From NCBI GenBank assembly GCA_050952625.1, contig JBMNLH010000001.1, forward strand, positions 448,001 to 512,000: a stretch of DNA of 64,000 nucleotides. Direction: 5' to 3'. Positions 38,555 through 51,198 of the stretch are shown here, one piece after another; positions within the stretch are counted from its first letter, which is position 1, and every line of letters starts with the position of its first letter. A program made the translations under genes and the position numbers. The DNA is from Bacillota bacterium (GTDB lineage: Bacteria > Bacillota > Ch66 > Ch109). Below the pieces are notes generated by a model that was given only the letters and a program-made list of their open reading frames with translations, was not told the DNA's origin and ran no database searches.

Positions 38555-41500
38555 ATGGCCGAAATGATATGCGCAATTGAACAAATCAACAATCAGGGTG
38601 AAGAAGCGTTTTATCGTGCACTTGATGCTTATTTAGACAACACTCATGTCGTATATTGGAATCGTGAGATATATGGCCGCGAGTTTGATTTTTGTGTCCT
38701 CATTCTTGAAATTGGAATCGCAGTTATTGAAGTAAAAGGCTGGCAAGAAGACACTATTGTTGATGTTCCTCGCGGTGAATATGTAATCATCCGAACTGAA
38801 CAAGGGGAAGAATGTAGTAACCCTCGTATTCAAGCCCGTGCATATCGTTTTGCAGTGTTTAATCACATAAAAAATAAATTGGGGAAGCAGCCTGTGGTAT
38901 TTCACATGGTCTGCTATCCTTTTATATCTTTTGATTCTTACATAGACAAGCATCTTGACCTAATTAGTGAACCTCAGCTGACGTTCACAAAGGATGATTT
39001 AGCATCAAAAGATAATTTTTTAAACAAGCTGGATCAGGCTATTGCTTTTTTCCGCAACTGGGGTAGTCACGCATTTACCCCAATTTTAATGAATCAGGTC
39101 CGTTCTCTGTTTGAGCCAAATGTTTGTTTTGAAAAAGAAGTGGCTGATACCAAATCGATAAGCAAACCTAAGTGCCATCATTTAATCCCCTGCTACTCGA
39201 TTGTCTGCTATATTCCTGCTTCTGAGAATAGTTGGCAAACAATTATTGACGAGCTGGCTGAGGCATACAGTAGTGGATGTCGTATTTATTGCATGGTTGG
39301 AACTCAGGAAATGCTTAAATATACCGCAGAAAAAGTCACTAAGATCCTAAAAGATAAAGGTTTAAAAGTAAACCATAAAGGCGATTTAGAGCTTGGTGTT
39401 ATTAGCTTATTACCGGTTGACAGTTCACGTCTATCCATATTCAATTGGCAAACGGTGATCATAGATTCTGTTGCTACCTTAAAAGATATACCTCATTTCA
39501 AGGTTATAGACGGTGAGCTTGATGCCTTGCCAGAAGCTGAAGCATGGTTATTCAAGCTGGATGCCTGTGGAGCATTTAATTTTTCGCAATACCTAGTAGA
39601 ACATGCCAAGACACACAAAAATATTTTAGTGCGCGCCGGTGCTGGTACGGGCAAGACTTATGCCATGATATTGCGTGTTGCTTATTTGTGCTACGCAGAA
39701 GATATTTCCCCGGCCAATCTTGCGGATCGCATATTAATGATAACGTTTACTAATGATGCGGCCGATAATATGAAAAATCGCTTAAAAAGCTGTTTCCAGA
39801 ATTATTTTTTGCTTACCGGGCAAGTCGATTTTCTTGAGATGATCGCCCAAGTTGACTGTATGCAGATTAGTACTATTCACTCATACGCCCAATGTATCAT
39901 TAAAAAACTTGGAACAGCAGTTGGATATGGCCAGGATTTGAAAATAACCTCTGGTCTTTATAATCGAAGACTTTTATTGGAAGAAACTCTTGAGAATTAT
40001 GTTCGAGAACAAACCAGAATTAACCCGCAATTCCTTAACGGACTTGGATTGCCAGTCTACGAGCTTCGGGAGAAGTTGATGACTTTCATAGACCGCCTGG
40101 AGAATAAAAGCATTGATATATCCGAGGTTAAGCCGGAACAATTTGGTACTACTAAAAACAATCAACAACTACATCAGTTATTGATTGCCGTTTTAAGTCA
40201 AACGGAACGAGAATTTGACAAGCTATTACTTAAAGAAAACCGTATATACCTTGGCAGTATAATGTCTGTCTTAGCGCGTCTGGTTGCCAAATATCCAGAA
40301 AGGCTTCAAGAAGAATTGTCATTTGGCACTCGCTATATGTTTATAGATGAATTTCAAGATACGGATGACATACAAATTGCGGTTCTTAAAGAGATTTGTC
40401 GGCATGTAGGATACTTAATGTTCGTCGTTGGCGATATTAAACAATGCATCTACCGCTTCCGGGGAGCTGAAGAAAAAGCATTTGACCACCTAAAAATAGA
40501 TGAAGATCCTAATCTTTGGGAAGAGTTTTCTCTCTTTCAAGAATTACAGAACAGATAAAGATTTGCTTAAACGGTATCAAAATATCTTTTCTGTCTGGGG
40601 CAGACCTAAGAAAAATTTACTTACCTATGATCCTCAAGTTGACACATTAATTAGCGATTTGTCCTTTAATAATAATGCTCCGGCTGATTCATACTATCAT
40701 GTCATTTCTATTAGTGCAGAAAGTAATCGTTTACCGGAAAACCTTCAACGAAGTACGCCGTTATTCAGAGATGATTACGCGACTCCTCACCGATGGTCAG
40801 CATCTATCCAATGCGGAAAGAACGATCGCCATATTAGTGCGTGAAAATTGGCAAGTGAAAGAAATTGTAAAGCATGGTCGGAACGAAGGTTATCCCGCTA
40901 TTCAAACCAGTACCGGTGGTGATCTGTACCAGTCTGTACCGGCCATGGAGTTGTGTACCTTACTTGAGGCTTTACTATTTAACGATCCAGAGCAATTAAG
41001 TCATCTATTGGAATCCAATCTTTTTGGTATATTCCCAGACCGGCTTAAAATGTATGCATTAAAGCCAGCTTTTGCTCGGGGTGAAAAATCGCTGTCAACG
41101 TCAGGTTGAGTACCTAATTAGCCTCATTGATGATATGTTGAGCCAAACGGCTGAGCCCGGTGGTTATACTTGCTGGAAAAACGTTCTGGAAGCGTTACGC
41201 ATATCACCGGTGTTGCAAGTAATCCGTAGCCTATATAACCAACTTCGCCCATGGGTAAGGTTTGGTAAACAACAGGCATGGATGCGTTCATACTACCGAA
41301 TGAATGTGGATTTACTGTTTGAAAAGATCCTGCAAAACTATGGATTGAACAATCTTACCCTTCACCGTCTAGCTACTTTTATGCAGCTCAACATTACCTC
41401 TGGACGTTCCGAGGAATGTCGCTGGGGGGCCTAGTCAAGGGGACAGTGACATCAGGATCCTTTGTACAACTGTCCATAAATCCAAGGGACTGGAGTATGG

Positions 41501-41795
41501 CTATGTTATTCTGCCTTATACTTCGTTTGCCATAGACAACCTTAAGCATTCCGGGATGGATATTATGGTGGGGACTAATGGCACTATTGGTTACAGCTTC
41601 AGATATGCTGATAATCAGGTGCTGCGTAACAATTACTATAATTACGCTCAGGAAGTAGCTGAGCGATTGAACGAGGAAACACGGATCCTATATGTGGCCA
41701 TGACCAGAGCAATCCGGGCTTTTTCATGGATTAAGCTCCAAACAAGTCGTGCCACCTCATGGCAGAGCCTATTGGAGGGAGGTACAAACATATAA
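38555..41795 (+). CDS. NERD-nuclease/UvrD (SF1A) helicase fusion, about 1078 aa after correcting four +1 homopolymer insertions
   Basis: N-terminal REFDF..IEVKGW..NP..QAR.Y (NERD); AGAGTGKT, ITFTNDAA, STIHS, FIDEFQDTD, VGDIKQCIYRFRGA, KNYRT, AILVREN, TVHKSKGLEY, EETRILYVAMTRA; shifts near 40536, 40740, 41080 and 41427. Confidence 0.85.
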
Positions 41796-44636
41796 TGAGT
41801 TTTCAAATATATACCTATGGCGATCCCTATCGCCTTGATGAAACGAGCTTTTGGGATAATATCAAAGGTGCTCCTCATTTGTGTAGCTCTCAGGTTATGG
41901 CTAAAGCTTTTCGCAACCTATTTGACTTTGATTCTTTAGTTTGTCCCATTGATAATGTGCTACAAGTAGTCTATAGCGGCTGGTTTAACAATATTGAAAG
42001 GCGTATTGCGCAATACATTGCCATATCAAAACAGCTGGAAGCATGGCAGAAGCGAGATCCCAACAACCGTGATGAACTTTATGCTTCTTTGAAACATAAC
42101 CAAGGCTCTCTGCTGGATGCCCTTCGTTTGTTTGTAGAATTAGGAATAGAGGCAAAAAGCCTGCATCGTTCGCAAGCTAACCTTGAACAAAAGGTTTTTA
42201 TTGCCCTGCTTAATGAAATCAATAATCCAGCTAACCAATTACACGACTCATTTACTTTTAAAGATGGCTATTCCCTAGAGGAGCTTGTTGTCTTTTTTCA
42301 GGACGTAATTGCTTGTGAGATAAAACGTGAAGAAAATGAAGCTATCAAATCAGGCGACCCTCGTTATCGTCGTAGAGCAAGAATTAAAAAATTGCGTGCT
42401 ATTTTGGACAACTTTACTATCCACAATCTAAATCGGGTCGTGGTCCATGGCATTCATCAGTTTACCCCTTTGCAGCTGCGGTTTATCATGCTGCTGGACA
42501 AGCTGGGAGTAGAGGTTGCGTTCCTGTACAACTACCAATCGGAATTTAAAGAGATATATGCTACCTGGGAGCAGATATATCAACTCTTTGGTGTACCTAT
42601 TGAACGGGATACCCTGCTTGGGGCTTATAAAAGTAATACAAAAAGCTACAACCTTGCCAAAGCCTTCGGGCAGCTAATTGAACCAGCTACTCAGCATAAG
42701 GCCCAGGATAGATTAAGCTGGTATCAGGCCGGGCAACAGGTAGAAATGCTTTCTTTTGATAATATTACCGAATATGCCGGGTTTGTTTCTGTTTATTTTG
42801 AGAAGGCCTTGCAGCAAAATCATAACGACCCTAACTCGGCTATGTCTGAGAAAGTATATAGTGCGGGGCGTGAAGTGCATGACTTGCTTCGTCTTTATTA
42901 TCCGCAGCAATCCGGTGATCGCCACTTCCTTTGCTATCCGATAGGCCAATTCTTTAATGGGCTTTACCATATGTGGGACCCGCAAATTGGTCAGCTAAGA
43001 ATTGATTGGGGTTTTTTGAAGGAATGCTTTTCCGCCGGAATACTGCGCGTACCACATCCAGAAAAACTTAATTCTATCTTAGAGATTATCAGTCCCTACT
43101 TCGAGGACGTTAAAACATATGGTCAGCTGACTACTCGCTTAGCTGAATATAAAAAGCAATATAATGCTATTCAGACTATGCAAAATGAGCTTGGCCGACA
43201 ACTCCGCCGCATTGCTTTCTACCGTTCCAATATAATCAATATTGAAGATATTGAAAGCTTTGAAAGTGCTGTAAACCAGCTTAATTCTATTGCGGCTCAT
43301 CTGTTCGCGAGTGATGCCAACAACTACTTGTCATTTGCCCAACATTTTCAAAGGCTTGAGGAATTTATCCGAAACGAACTCTTTAATCTGGTTGAAGCTC
43401 AAGAAAAGGAACTTGTTGAAAGTCTGTTAGAACGGTTTGCCCAGATAGATTATAATACAACTCTGTCTGGTACCATGGAGGATTTAAGGAACGGAATTTA
43501 TTATTATTTGAAACAAAAGAATGCGGAATCCCCGGATTGGATAGTCCGTAATTTTGTTCAGATTGAAGGCGATATTCTCCGCAGTAGATTTCAAAAAGAT
43601 CACGCGCTGAAGAACGGTAAAGAACCTCCTACATACCATTTCGCCTGTTTATCTGACCGCATGATGAACAAAACTATGGATGACCTTCTACCCTGGCCTC
43701 TTTCTGATTACTTTATTCGCAAGGCCTATTCACCTATTGCCTTGATATTCCAGGTTTACTATACAGCATTAAGCGATTATGCCAAGTTTTTACGTTACGC
43801 TTTTTTCTATGGACTTTGCTACAACAATTGCCCGGTAAGGCTCAGTTATGTCGTGCATACGGAGGATAAGGAAGATCAGCCATATTTCTTATTGCGGATG
43901 CTCGGCATAAATATTAAATCGAGCAGTGAATTGGAAACCTTGGTTACTGCATTGCCCACCATTACTGCAGACCAGACTTGTACCACTTTTGTAGCAGGCC
44001 CAGTATGAAATGATGGACTTCTTCCTGTGCCCATATAAATACTACTTGGACATGGTGTGCCGAGGGGAAATTGTCATTGATAATGCTTTCCTCCTCAAAC
44101 GCTATTATTCAAATATGTTGGTTCATGCTGTTTGGAAGCAAATGGCCGGCAAACCGAGAATGAGCGACTCAATCACTACGGTTCGTAAATTACTGAAAAG
44201 TGCCCAAGAAACCTACCGACGGTATTTTCCGTTTTATCGTGACGCTAATGACCTATATGACATGATGCGGGTCGCGGAGAACTACATTGAGCATCATCTA
44301 TGGGAAGGTCGCCTGATGAAAAAATACGATGAAGCACACATGAATATTCGGTTCTTGTTTCAAAAAGCTCGCTTTGAATCCGAAGATTTAAACCCACATC
44401 CTTATGCGGCATTTGAGGCGAAAGCAAGGGTCAATGGCGGCAAAAAAATATATTCCCTCCATATGATTAATCCCTATGGTGAAAATAAACTACTTGAGGC
44501 AATGAAGGAATACATGAAGGTGAATATTGACAAATGCACTGTTGTAGGGGATTGGTGTAATAATTGTGCGCATCGGAAGATATGTCTTAAACCCTATCAG
44601 GTTGAACTTAATAATACTGCCATAGAGAGTGAGTGA
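41795..44636 (+). CDS. Large AddB/Cas4-like protein with a C-terminal four-Cys staple, about 946 aa after correcting a +1 C at 43999-44001
   Basis: TAATG overlap with the UvrD gene and GGAGGGAGG RBS; VVVHGIHQFTPLQ resembles the degenerate AddB helicase motif; FFLCPYKYY ... WCNNCAHRKIC. Confidence 0.6.
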
Positions 44637-47600
44637 CAATGAAACCTGGCATGTATGTTCGTATCCCCATTCGTACTGAAGAAGCGGATGAGCAATTTCC
44701 GCGTACCTTTGCCTTAGCGCAGATTAAAAGCATAGACCACCTAGCTCAAACGGCCAAGGTAGTCATTCATGACTTAAACTGTTGCAAGGACTATTATAGT
44801 GATGCCTTCCAAAGTGATGAGGTGGCTTTACGGGATCTGATAAGGTGTAAACCGCCCAAGGGCAGTATTGTTGCTACACCATCTGGCAAAGGTAGGGTAA
44901 TGTTCATTACCCGAAGAGAAGATAATCCATACAATATTTACCATATTAGCCTGGGTGACCGTGATGTCAGACCATTTGAGGAAAAAGATGTCAAGGCTGA
45001 TTTTACAGCCATTGATGTTGATCCTGCATATATGTTGATGCGTTATGAGTTTCAAAATCCAACCTGGTTCGCCTGTCGTAATGTTGTCAGCAGCATCATG
45101 CATGTTCTCAATAACGCTGTCTATGGTTTCAAGGTATTAGCCGGCTGTCGGGTTTTTCTCTTGCCCCATCAGGTAGTGACCATTGTCCGCTGTCTGGAAA
45201 ACGTTCCGGTTCGTTATATGCTCGCCGATGAAGTTGGGTTAGGCAAGACTATTGAGGCTTGCTCCATAATCAAAATTTTGCAAGAACGCAATCCGGCCTT
45301 GCGGGTACTTTACGTTTTACCCATGCCACTCATTGATCAATGGAAATTCGAGTTGATAAACAAATTTTCTATTCTAGCGGAAACAGTCGATGAAGCAGAT
45401 CTAACATCAAAGCACGTTATCATATCGACCCAACACTTATCCAGGTTGAACAGTCAAACCGTCATAGACATACTGAACTTTGATGTTATCGTCGTTGACG
45501 AAACGCATCAATTACTGAGCGACAATAAGGCATATAATAATATTTTCCAACTAACCAAAAAGACCGAGCATGTTCTGTTACTTAGTGCTACTCCAATACA
45601 AGACAGAAAAGAAGAATACCTGCGCCTTTTAAGACTGCTTGACCCGAAGAAGTATGGGAAGATGCCCCTTGAACGGTTTAATGAGCTTGTGGAAAAACAG
45701 CAAGATATTCAGCGTGAATTGTATTTACTATTGGGGGACATACAATCTTACGCCGACTACGCTGAATCAATCGTTGAGCAACTTATAGCGATCGCCGACA
45801 ATTTGCAGGATCCCCGTTTGAAATCCTTAATAGAATCTATTGATTTAAGTTCTGCGGACGCTGGTCAAGAAATAGCTTTTCAGGCAGCTGCCTATATTAG
45901 TGAGCATTATCGCCTGGAGCGGCAGGTCATCCGTAATCGCCGAGCCTTGCTAGAACAGCAAATGGCTAAACGTGAGCTGGTTGAGTGCCCTTACCAAATG
46001 GTCAGCCTAAACGAATTATATGGGGAGTTTGATGCTGTTAATAATCTAATCCAGTGGTTACAAGACACCAACAATAACACCGACCTTTTTGTGGATAATT
46101 TTACCTATCCATTATTAGCAGCTGCCTTTAGTTCTTCCTGGGCCTTGAAAGCACGGATTGATTCACTAATCTCTAAAGGCTATAAGATTCCGGTAGATGT
46201 TGGGGAAGCTGTTGAGCAATGGGTCCGCTCGGCCAATAGTGAAATAAAGCGGGTAGATGAATTGCTTGATGAAAATCCTGACCAAATTAAAGGCCGGCTG
46301 CTGCATTGCCTGGACTACTTAGAGCAAGAAACAGATCTTACTTCTTCCCGTCCTTATAAGGCACTTATTTTTACCAGTTACCCTGAAACGCTAGAACCTT
46401 TTCTTAAGATTGCCCGTCATAGGCTGGGCGAAAAAACATGTGTTGCTTTTTATTCTGGAATGACTCGAGATGAGTTACAAGAAAGCGTCGAAGCATTCCA
46501 AAGCGATCCGGATTGCCGTCTGCTCATTTGTGACGAACTAGGTGGTGAAGGACGCAACTTTCAAATAGCCGATGCAGTTGTCCATTTGGATACTCCCTGG
46601 ACCGCTAATATGCTTGAACAGCGGATTGGACGTTTAGACAGATTGGGCCGCGATGTTGCAAAGCCGGTTACATCTATTGTTTTTTATACTGAAGGTACAA
46701 TTGAGGAACAGCTCGTGTCCCTATGGAAGGATGGTATGGGAATATATACTCAATCATTGAGTGGCCTTGAAATTATTACCGGTGAAATCTCGAAGCGTAT
46801 TGTAAGTGCAATTAAAGAAGATGTCCGTGATGGTTTATCTCACGCCTTACCAGACATTCAGTCTGAAACAATGCGGATGCGTGAAGCGGTGGAAGAAGAA
46901 CAGTTTTATGATATGACCTCCATGCTATATCGTCCCCTGACTGTTGGAGTAGAACGCATGTTGTCCATGTATCAAGGTAAGGAAGATGAAATTTTCTATA
47001 AGGCCATGAATACTTGGTCATCACAAGCTGGACTTATTTCTAGTTCATACATTGACCGTAACGGAAAACCGGTAACGGAGTTTTCAGCCAGCAGATTCAG
47101 TCCAGCTTCATCAATGAACGCTTTTTTAGTGCCGCCTGATTGGAGTAAATATAAAAATCGTCAGGTATTTAGACAAAATAATAATAGAAGGGAACAAAGC
47201 ATTAAAGGTACTTTTAACCGTTCTTACGCGATTAATCGAGAAGATTTACATTTCTACGCTCCCGGCGATCCAGTCTTTGATAGTATTATTTCGAATGCCA
47301 TGACATGTTATCGGGGACGAGCTTGCGCGTTTGAAATTCAAAATGCGCGATTTGATTTTGATGGCTTGCTGTTTATTTGGAACGTGGAACCTAACATAAA
47401 ACCGATAATTGATAGAAATTATGACCCAATTGTGTTAGCTCAATTCAGGACGTTCTTACCAATGGAGCAGATTGTTACTCTTTACCCGGTTGATGATGAA
47501 TCTACAGTTGTATCCCCAGATGATATAGCAGAACTAATAGCTAAATTTCATATAATCAGAAATGCAAAACATCTGGGGCGACGCAGAAATTCAGCAAGGG

Positions 47601-47917
47601 GCGCAGCAAACATCCAAGAGTTCATGAGCAACTACCCTCGGACTACTTGGGTTCCATTGGTCAAAGAAGCCCGGCGTAAATGCTATCAAGAAGCCAGGCA
47701 AATCGTAACAGAGCTTTTGGATTACAAAACTGCTTTAGAAGAAGCCCGCCGGATTGTTAACGCATACCGTGCATCTAATCGGTACTTTGGCTATGATGTA
47801 CATCGAGATGAGGACATCGTCGCCATGTATCAAGCAGTACTAGATGCTTTAAAAAATTTTCAAGTTAATTTGGATGCAGCAGTATATATGAGGGTGCATA
47901 AAAATGAATGTCATTGA
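44633..47917 (+). CDS. dpdE: SNF2/RapA-like helicase, DpdE-like
   Basis: LPHQ, MLADEVGLGKT, VVDETH, LLSATP, GGEGRNFQ, EQRIGRLDR; 1094 aa; first of the E-F-G-H-I gene order. Confidence 0.75.
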   Translation: MTMKPGMYVRIPIRTEEADEQFPRTFALAQIKSIDHLAQTAKVVIHDLNCCKDYYSDAFQSDEVALRDLIRCKPPKGSIVATPSGKGRVMFITRREDNPYNIYHISLGDRDVRPFEEKDVKADFTAIDVDPAYMLMRYEFQNPTWFACRNVVSSIMHVLNNAVYGFKVLAGCRVFLLPHQVVTIVRCLENVPVRYMLADEVGLGKTIEACSIIKILQERNPALRVLYVLPMPLIDQWKFELINKFSILAETVDEADLTSKHVIISTQHLSRLNSQTVIDILNFDVIVVDETHQLLSDNKAYNNIFQLTKKTEHVLLLSATPIQDRKEEYLRLLRLLDPKKYGKMPLERFNELVEKQQDIQRELYLLLGDIQSYADYAESIVEQLIAIADNLQDPRLKSLIESIDLSSADAGQEIAFQAAAYISEHYRLERQVIRNRRALLEQQMAKRELVECPYQMVSLNELYGEFDAVNNLIQWLQDTNNNTDLFVDNFTYPLLAAAFSSSWALKARIDSLISKGYKIPVDVGEAVEQWVRSANSEIKRVDELLDENPDQIKGRLLHCLDYLEQETDLTSSRPYKALIFTSYPETLEPFLKIARHRLGEKTCVAFYSGMTRDELQESVEAFQSDPDCRLLICDELGGEGRNFQIADAVVHLDTPWTANMLEQRIGRLDRLGRDVAKPVTSIVFYTEGTIEEQLVSLWKDGMGIYTQSLSGLEIITGEISKRIVSAIKEDVRDGLSHALPDIQSETMRMREAVEEEQFYDMTSMLYRPLTVGVERMLSMYQGKEDEIFYKAMNTWSSQAGLISSSYIDRNGKPVTEFSASRFSPASSMNAFLVPPDWSKYKNRQVFRQNNNRREQSIKGTFNRSYAINREDLHFYAPGDPVFDSIISNAMTCYRGRACAFEIQNARFDFDGLLFIWNVEPNIKPIIDRNYDPIVLAQFRTFLPMEQIVTLYPVDDESTVVSPDDIAELIAKFHIIRNAKHLGRRRNSARGAANIQEFMSNYPRTTWVPLVKEARRKCYQEARQIVTELLDYKTALEEARRIVNAYRASNRYFGYDVHRDEDIVAMYQAVLDALKNFQVNLDAAVYMRVHKNECH

Positions 47918-50402
47918 ATATGTAGGACAAGCCTTAAGGGAACCTAACAGTTTAAACTCAAAAATTAAAGAACTAAAGGAATACGCACTGGCGGCCGAAC
48001 AACAAGATGATAGCTACACACTCCAAAAACTCCGCTGCAGCTCTCGTTTTTTGCTGCGCTATCATCAATATCATTCTCGGGAAATAGAACACAAGGATTT
48101 TTTAGCTGCTCTCCGTGATTTTGTGCTTTTCGTTGGGCGTATCTCTGCCCCCATCGACATTCGTACATTAGTATCATCACAAGGGGAGCCATTTGGCCTC
48201 TTTGTTGAAGGTCATGAATATATAAACGCCGATGTTAGTCGGCCTGGATGGTTTAGTGACGATACCTTTGTCAAGCAGGTATATGGGAAGCTTTCATTTG
48301 ATTTATTTAAGAAGAAGGCAGCTTGTGGGGATAAGCGATTATTTAAAGCGACCGGTTTTAAAAGCTACCGTTCATTCGAACAGAAGATTGCCGTGCAGAC
48401 AGCCTTAAAAATGCCAGATGGCCATACCTTAATGTTGTCCTTGCCTACCGGTGCAGGTAAAAGTTTAATAACTCAAATGCTCGCGGTATATAGCGCTGGA
48501 TTAACAGTTGTTGTTGTACCGACCATTGCTTTAGGTTTGGACCAATATAGAGCTGCCTATTCTGTCTTAAGAAATTCCTTACCTACCGAACAAATAGCTT
48601 GCTATTGCGGGGAAGTTGATGCACATGCGCGGCGTAAGATTTATCATGGTCTTGAAAGCGATTCATTAAAGTTACTTATCACCTCTCCCGAGGCTATTGT
48701 TAAGAACGAAAAGTTAAGAAGTGCTCTTTTATGCACGGCTGAAAGACATATGCTGGCCAACTTGGTTGTTGATGAAGCACACATTGTCCAAGATTGGGGG
48801 GCACTCTTTCGTCCGGACTTTCAGATGTTGTCAACAATTAGGCGAGAATTTTGTTCGCTGAGTCAAGGAAAACTGAAAACCGTTTTGCTTTCTGCGACCC
48901 TTACCGAAGATGCGGTGGCTAACTTGAAGACTTTGTTTTCCGATGATGAAAAATGGATAGAGTTGCGTTGTGATGCCTTAAGGACAGAACCTCGGTTTTC
49001 TATTGAGAAAGCTAATAATCAGCAAACGTTACAAAACAAGGTGTTGCGCTATTGTCACGTTTTGCCTAAACCAATGATCCTCTATGAAATCAAGCCGGAA
49101 AAAGCGGAGAAGTGGAAACAGATGCTAATAAACGAAGGATTTAAAAACGTTGTTACATTCACCGGCAATACGAGCGATAGTAAACGTACGGAAATTATAC
49201 AATCGTGGAATGAAGATAAGTTGGATATAGTGATTGCAACATCGGCCTTCGGAATGGGTGTTGATAAGCCTGATGTGCGGACAATTATGCATACCACCTT
49301 GCCTGAAAACATTAACCGTTTCTATCAGGAAGTTGGTCGTGGCGGACGCGATGGTCTACCTTCACTAAGTGTCTTATGTTATTGCCCGCATGATGATGTG
49401 AGTATACAACGTTATATTGCCAATTCTCGGGTTATGACAGTAGATAAAATGATTGATCGTTGGTTCTCAATGCTTAATCAAGATAATGTTGATCGGGATG
49501 CGGATACGGTTTTATTGGATACTTCTACGTCCCCGTCTAGTTTTACCGAATTGGAAAGAGAAAACAGCGGCAGTCAGAATATGCGTTGGAATATAAACCT
49601 GCTGTTATTTTTAATGCGCTATGACCTGTTATTGTTTAAAGAGATGGTCTATATCCCACAACAAAACTGTTACTTTATCCGAGTAACAATGAAGGATATT
49701 CAGCTCATGCAAGATGAGGCAAGATTGAAAGAAGCTTTGGAACCATTACGTGAACAAGAAGTTCAAAATGTAACCAACGGGTATGAAGCCATAAAAAAGA
49801 TGGCTGCAAAGGCAAGAGAAATGTGTTGGGCGAACCATTTTACCCAGCTGTTTCCAAATGCACCGCTGGCGTGTGGTGGTTGTCCTTCCCATAGTGACGC
49901 ATATTGTGGTGACAATGCTCTATCTCTTCACAACCGCGTGCCCTGGTATGCCCATTCGTCAATTAAGTCAGAGGCGTTACACAAATTGATGAATGGCCTG
50001 CGCAGTTTACTTGTCGTCCGGCAGGAAAACGAGCCGTGGTCAGCTTCAAAGGCATTGCAGTTAGGTGTCAAAGTCAATGAACTAGGAATAGATGTACTCG
50101 TTATGCCTGATACTGGCGAGGTTGATACTACTGCCTTTAAGGGTATCGTTCTTGATTTAAAAGAATTTGAATTATTGGTCAAACACCATCCTTCTATGCT
50201 TGCTAGCGGTATATTTTGTGCCTTTGACGACAACCACCGGGCTAACCAGGTCCAATATAAGTGGGCTAACGCTTTGGAGAAATACGGAATACCGGTGATC
50301 TATTACTGCCGGGAAAATATGGTAATTACCCAGGCCAACAGGCCGATTCGTCACCTGTTTAGCGGAAATACGGTATCAGTTACTGAAATCTGGGAGGTGT
50401 AA
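47904..50402 (+). CDS. dpdF: RecQ-like DEAH helicase, DpdF-like
   Basis: LPTGAGKS, VVDEAHIVQDWG..FRPDFQ, LLSATL, LRTEP, ATSAFGMGVDK, FYQEVGRGGRDG, CGGCPSH; 832 aa. Confidence 0.75.
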   Translation: MNVIEYVGQALREPNSLNSKIKELKEYALAAEQQDDSYTLQKLRCSSRFLLRYHQYHSREIEHKDFLAALRDFVLFVGRISAPIDIRTLVSSQGEPFGLFVEGHEYINADVSRPGWFSDDTFVKQVYGKLSFDLFKKKAACGDKRLFKATGFKSYRSFEQKIAVQTALKMPDGHTLMLSLPTGAGKSLITQMLAVYSAGLTVVVVPTIALGLDQYRAAYSVLRNSLPTEQIACYCGEVDAHARRKIYHGLESDSLKLLITSPEAIVKNEKLRSALLCTAERHMLANLVVDEAHIVQDWGALFRPDFQMLSTIRREFCSLSQGKLKTVLLSATLTEDAVANLKTLFSDDEKWIELRCDALRTEPRFSIEKANNQQTLQNKVLRYCHVLPKPMILYEIKPEKAEKWKQMLINEGFKNVVTFTGNTSDSKRTEIIQSWNEDKLDIVIATSAFGMGVDKPDVRTIMHTTLPENINRFYQEVGRGGRDGLPSLSVLCYCPHDDVSIQRYIANSRVMTVDKMIDRWFSMLNQDNVDRDADTVLLDTSTSPSSFTELERENSGSQNMRWNINLLLFLMRYDLLLFKEMVYIPQQNCYFIRVTMKDIQLMQDEARLKEALEPLREQEVQNVTNGYEAIKKMAAKAREMCWANHFTQLFPNAPLACGGCPSHSDAYCGDNALSLHNRVPWYAHSSIKSEALHKLMNGLRSLLVVRQENEPWSASKALQLGVKVNELGIDVLVMPDTGEVDTTAFKGIVLDLKEFELLVKHHPSMLASGIFCAFDDNHRANQVQYKWANALEKYGIPVIYYCRENMVITQANRPIRHLFSGNTVSVTEIWEV

Positions 50403-50403
50403 T

Positions 50404-51192
50404 ATGTTCAAGTCTGGTCAAGACACCATGCGTGAATTTCCTACTCCGGAGCGTGTCTTTGCCTTGTGCCGTTATTTAAAAGTTAAAAAAAATCCCATTA
50501 ATCGTGAAGATTTATATAAAGAATTATGTCTAAGTATGGTTTTTGGTGATGGAAGCAAAGACATTTTTGGTTATACCTTAGCTGTAGCGCAAGAGCTTGA
50601 ATTGATTGAAAATATAGAAGGCCAGTATTCGGTTACGAGTGCAGCTGAGGTGTTGGAGAAGGTCGATTCTTTTAGAAAATATGCTGCCAGGACAGCCCTT
50701 TCTCGCCCAGAGACGATATATTTCAGAACTACTTCTCTATATATTAAGTTAGCTGAAAGCGTTTTAAAATGTCCAAATTGGGGAGCAGTGGTGGCCTTGT
50801 TCAATAATAACGGAATGAACCTTAGCGATAATGATATTTATGGTTGGCGATTTTGGACATCCTTTTTTGGTATTGGTTATCTGCATCAACAAATGCTTAT
50901 TCCTAATTGCTATTTAAGATTCAAAGACGTATTAGACGAACAAGATAGTTTTAAGGTAGGCGAATCTATTCCTATAAACCGATTTATGTTATGGCTTGAA
51001 GACCAATGTCCTGAAATAAAAGAAAGCCGCGATGGTACCAGACTTGGTCTGGCAGTATCAAATGGTTTGCGTACCCTTAATGCGCAGCAGGTCATTGAAC
51101 TTATTTCTCAACCCGATGCTCTCAAATGGCAAATGTATGTCTTGGAATCAGAAACAATTAATGATTTATCCCATGTCCGGATCGCGGGGTGA
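50404..51192 (+). CDS. DpdG-like protein (probable winged-helix repeats)
   Basis: 262 aa, positioned between the DpdF-like and DpdH-like genes; LAVAQELELI, W.FW..FFG.G and S.GLR.L patterns. Confidence 0.5.
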   Translation: MFKSGQDTMREFPTPERVFALCRYLKVKKNPINREDLYKELCLSMVFGDGSKDIFGYTLAVAQELELIENIEGQYSVTSAAEVLEKVDSFRKYAARTALSRPETIYFRTTSLYIKLAESVLKCPNWGAVVALFNNNGMNLSDNDIYGWRFWTSFFGIGYLHQQMLIPNCYLRFKDVLDEQDSFKVGESIPINRFMLWLEDQCPEIKESRDGTRLGLAVSNGLRTLNAQQVIELISQPDALKWQMYVLESETINDLSHVRIAG

Positions 51193-51198
51193 TAATTA

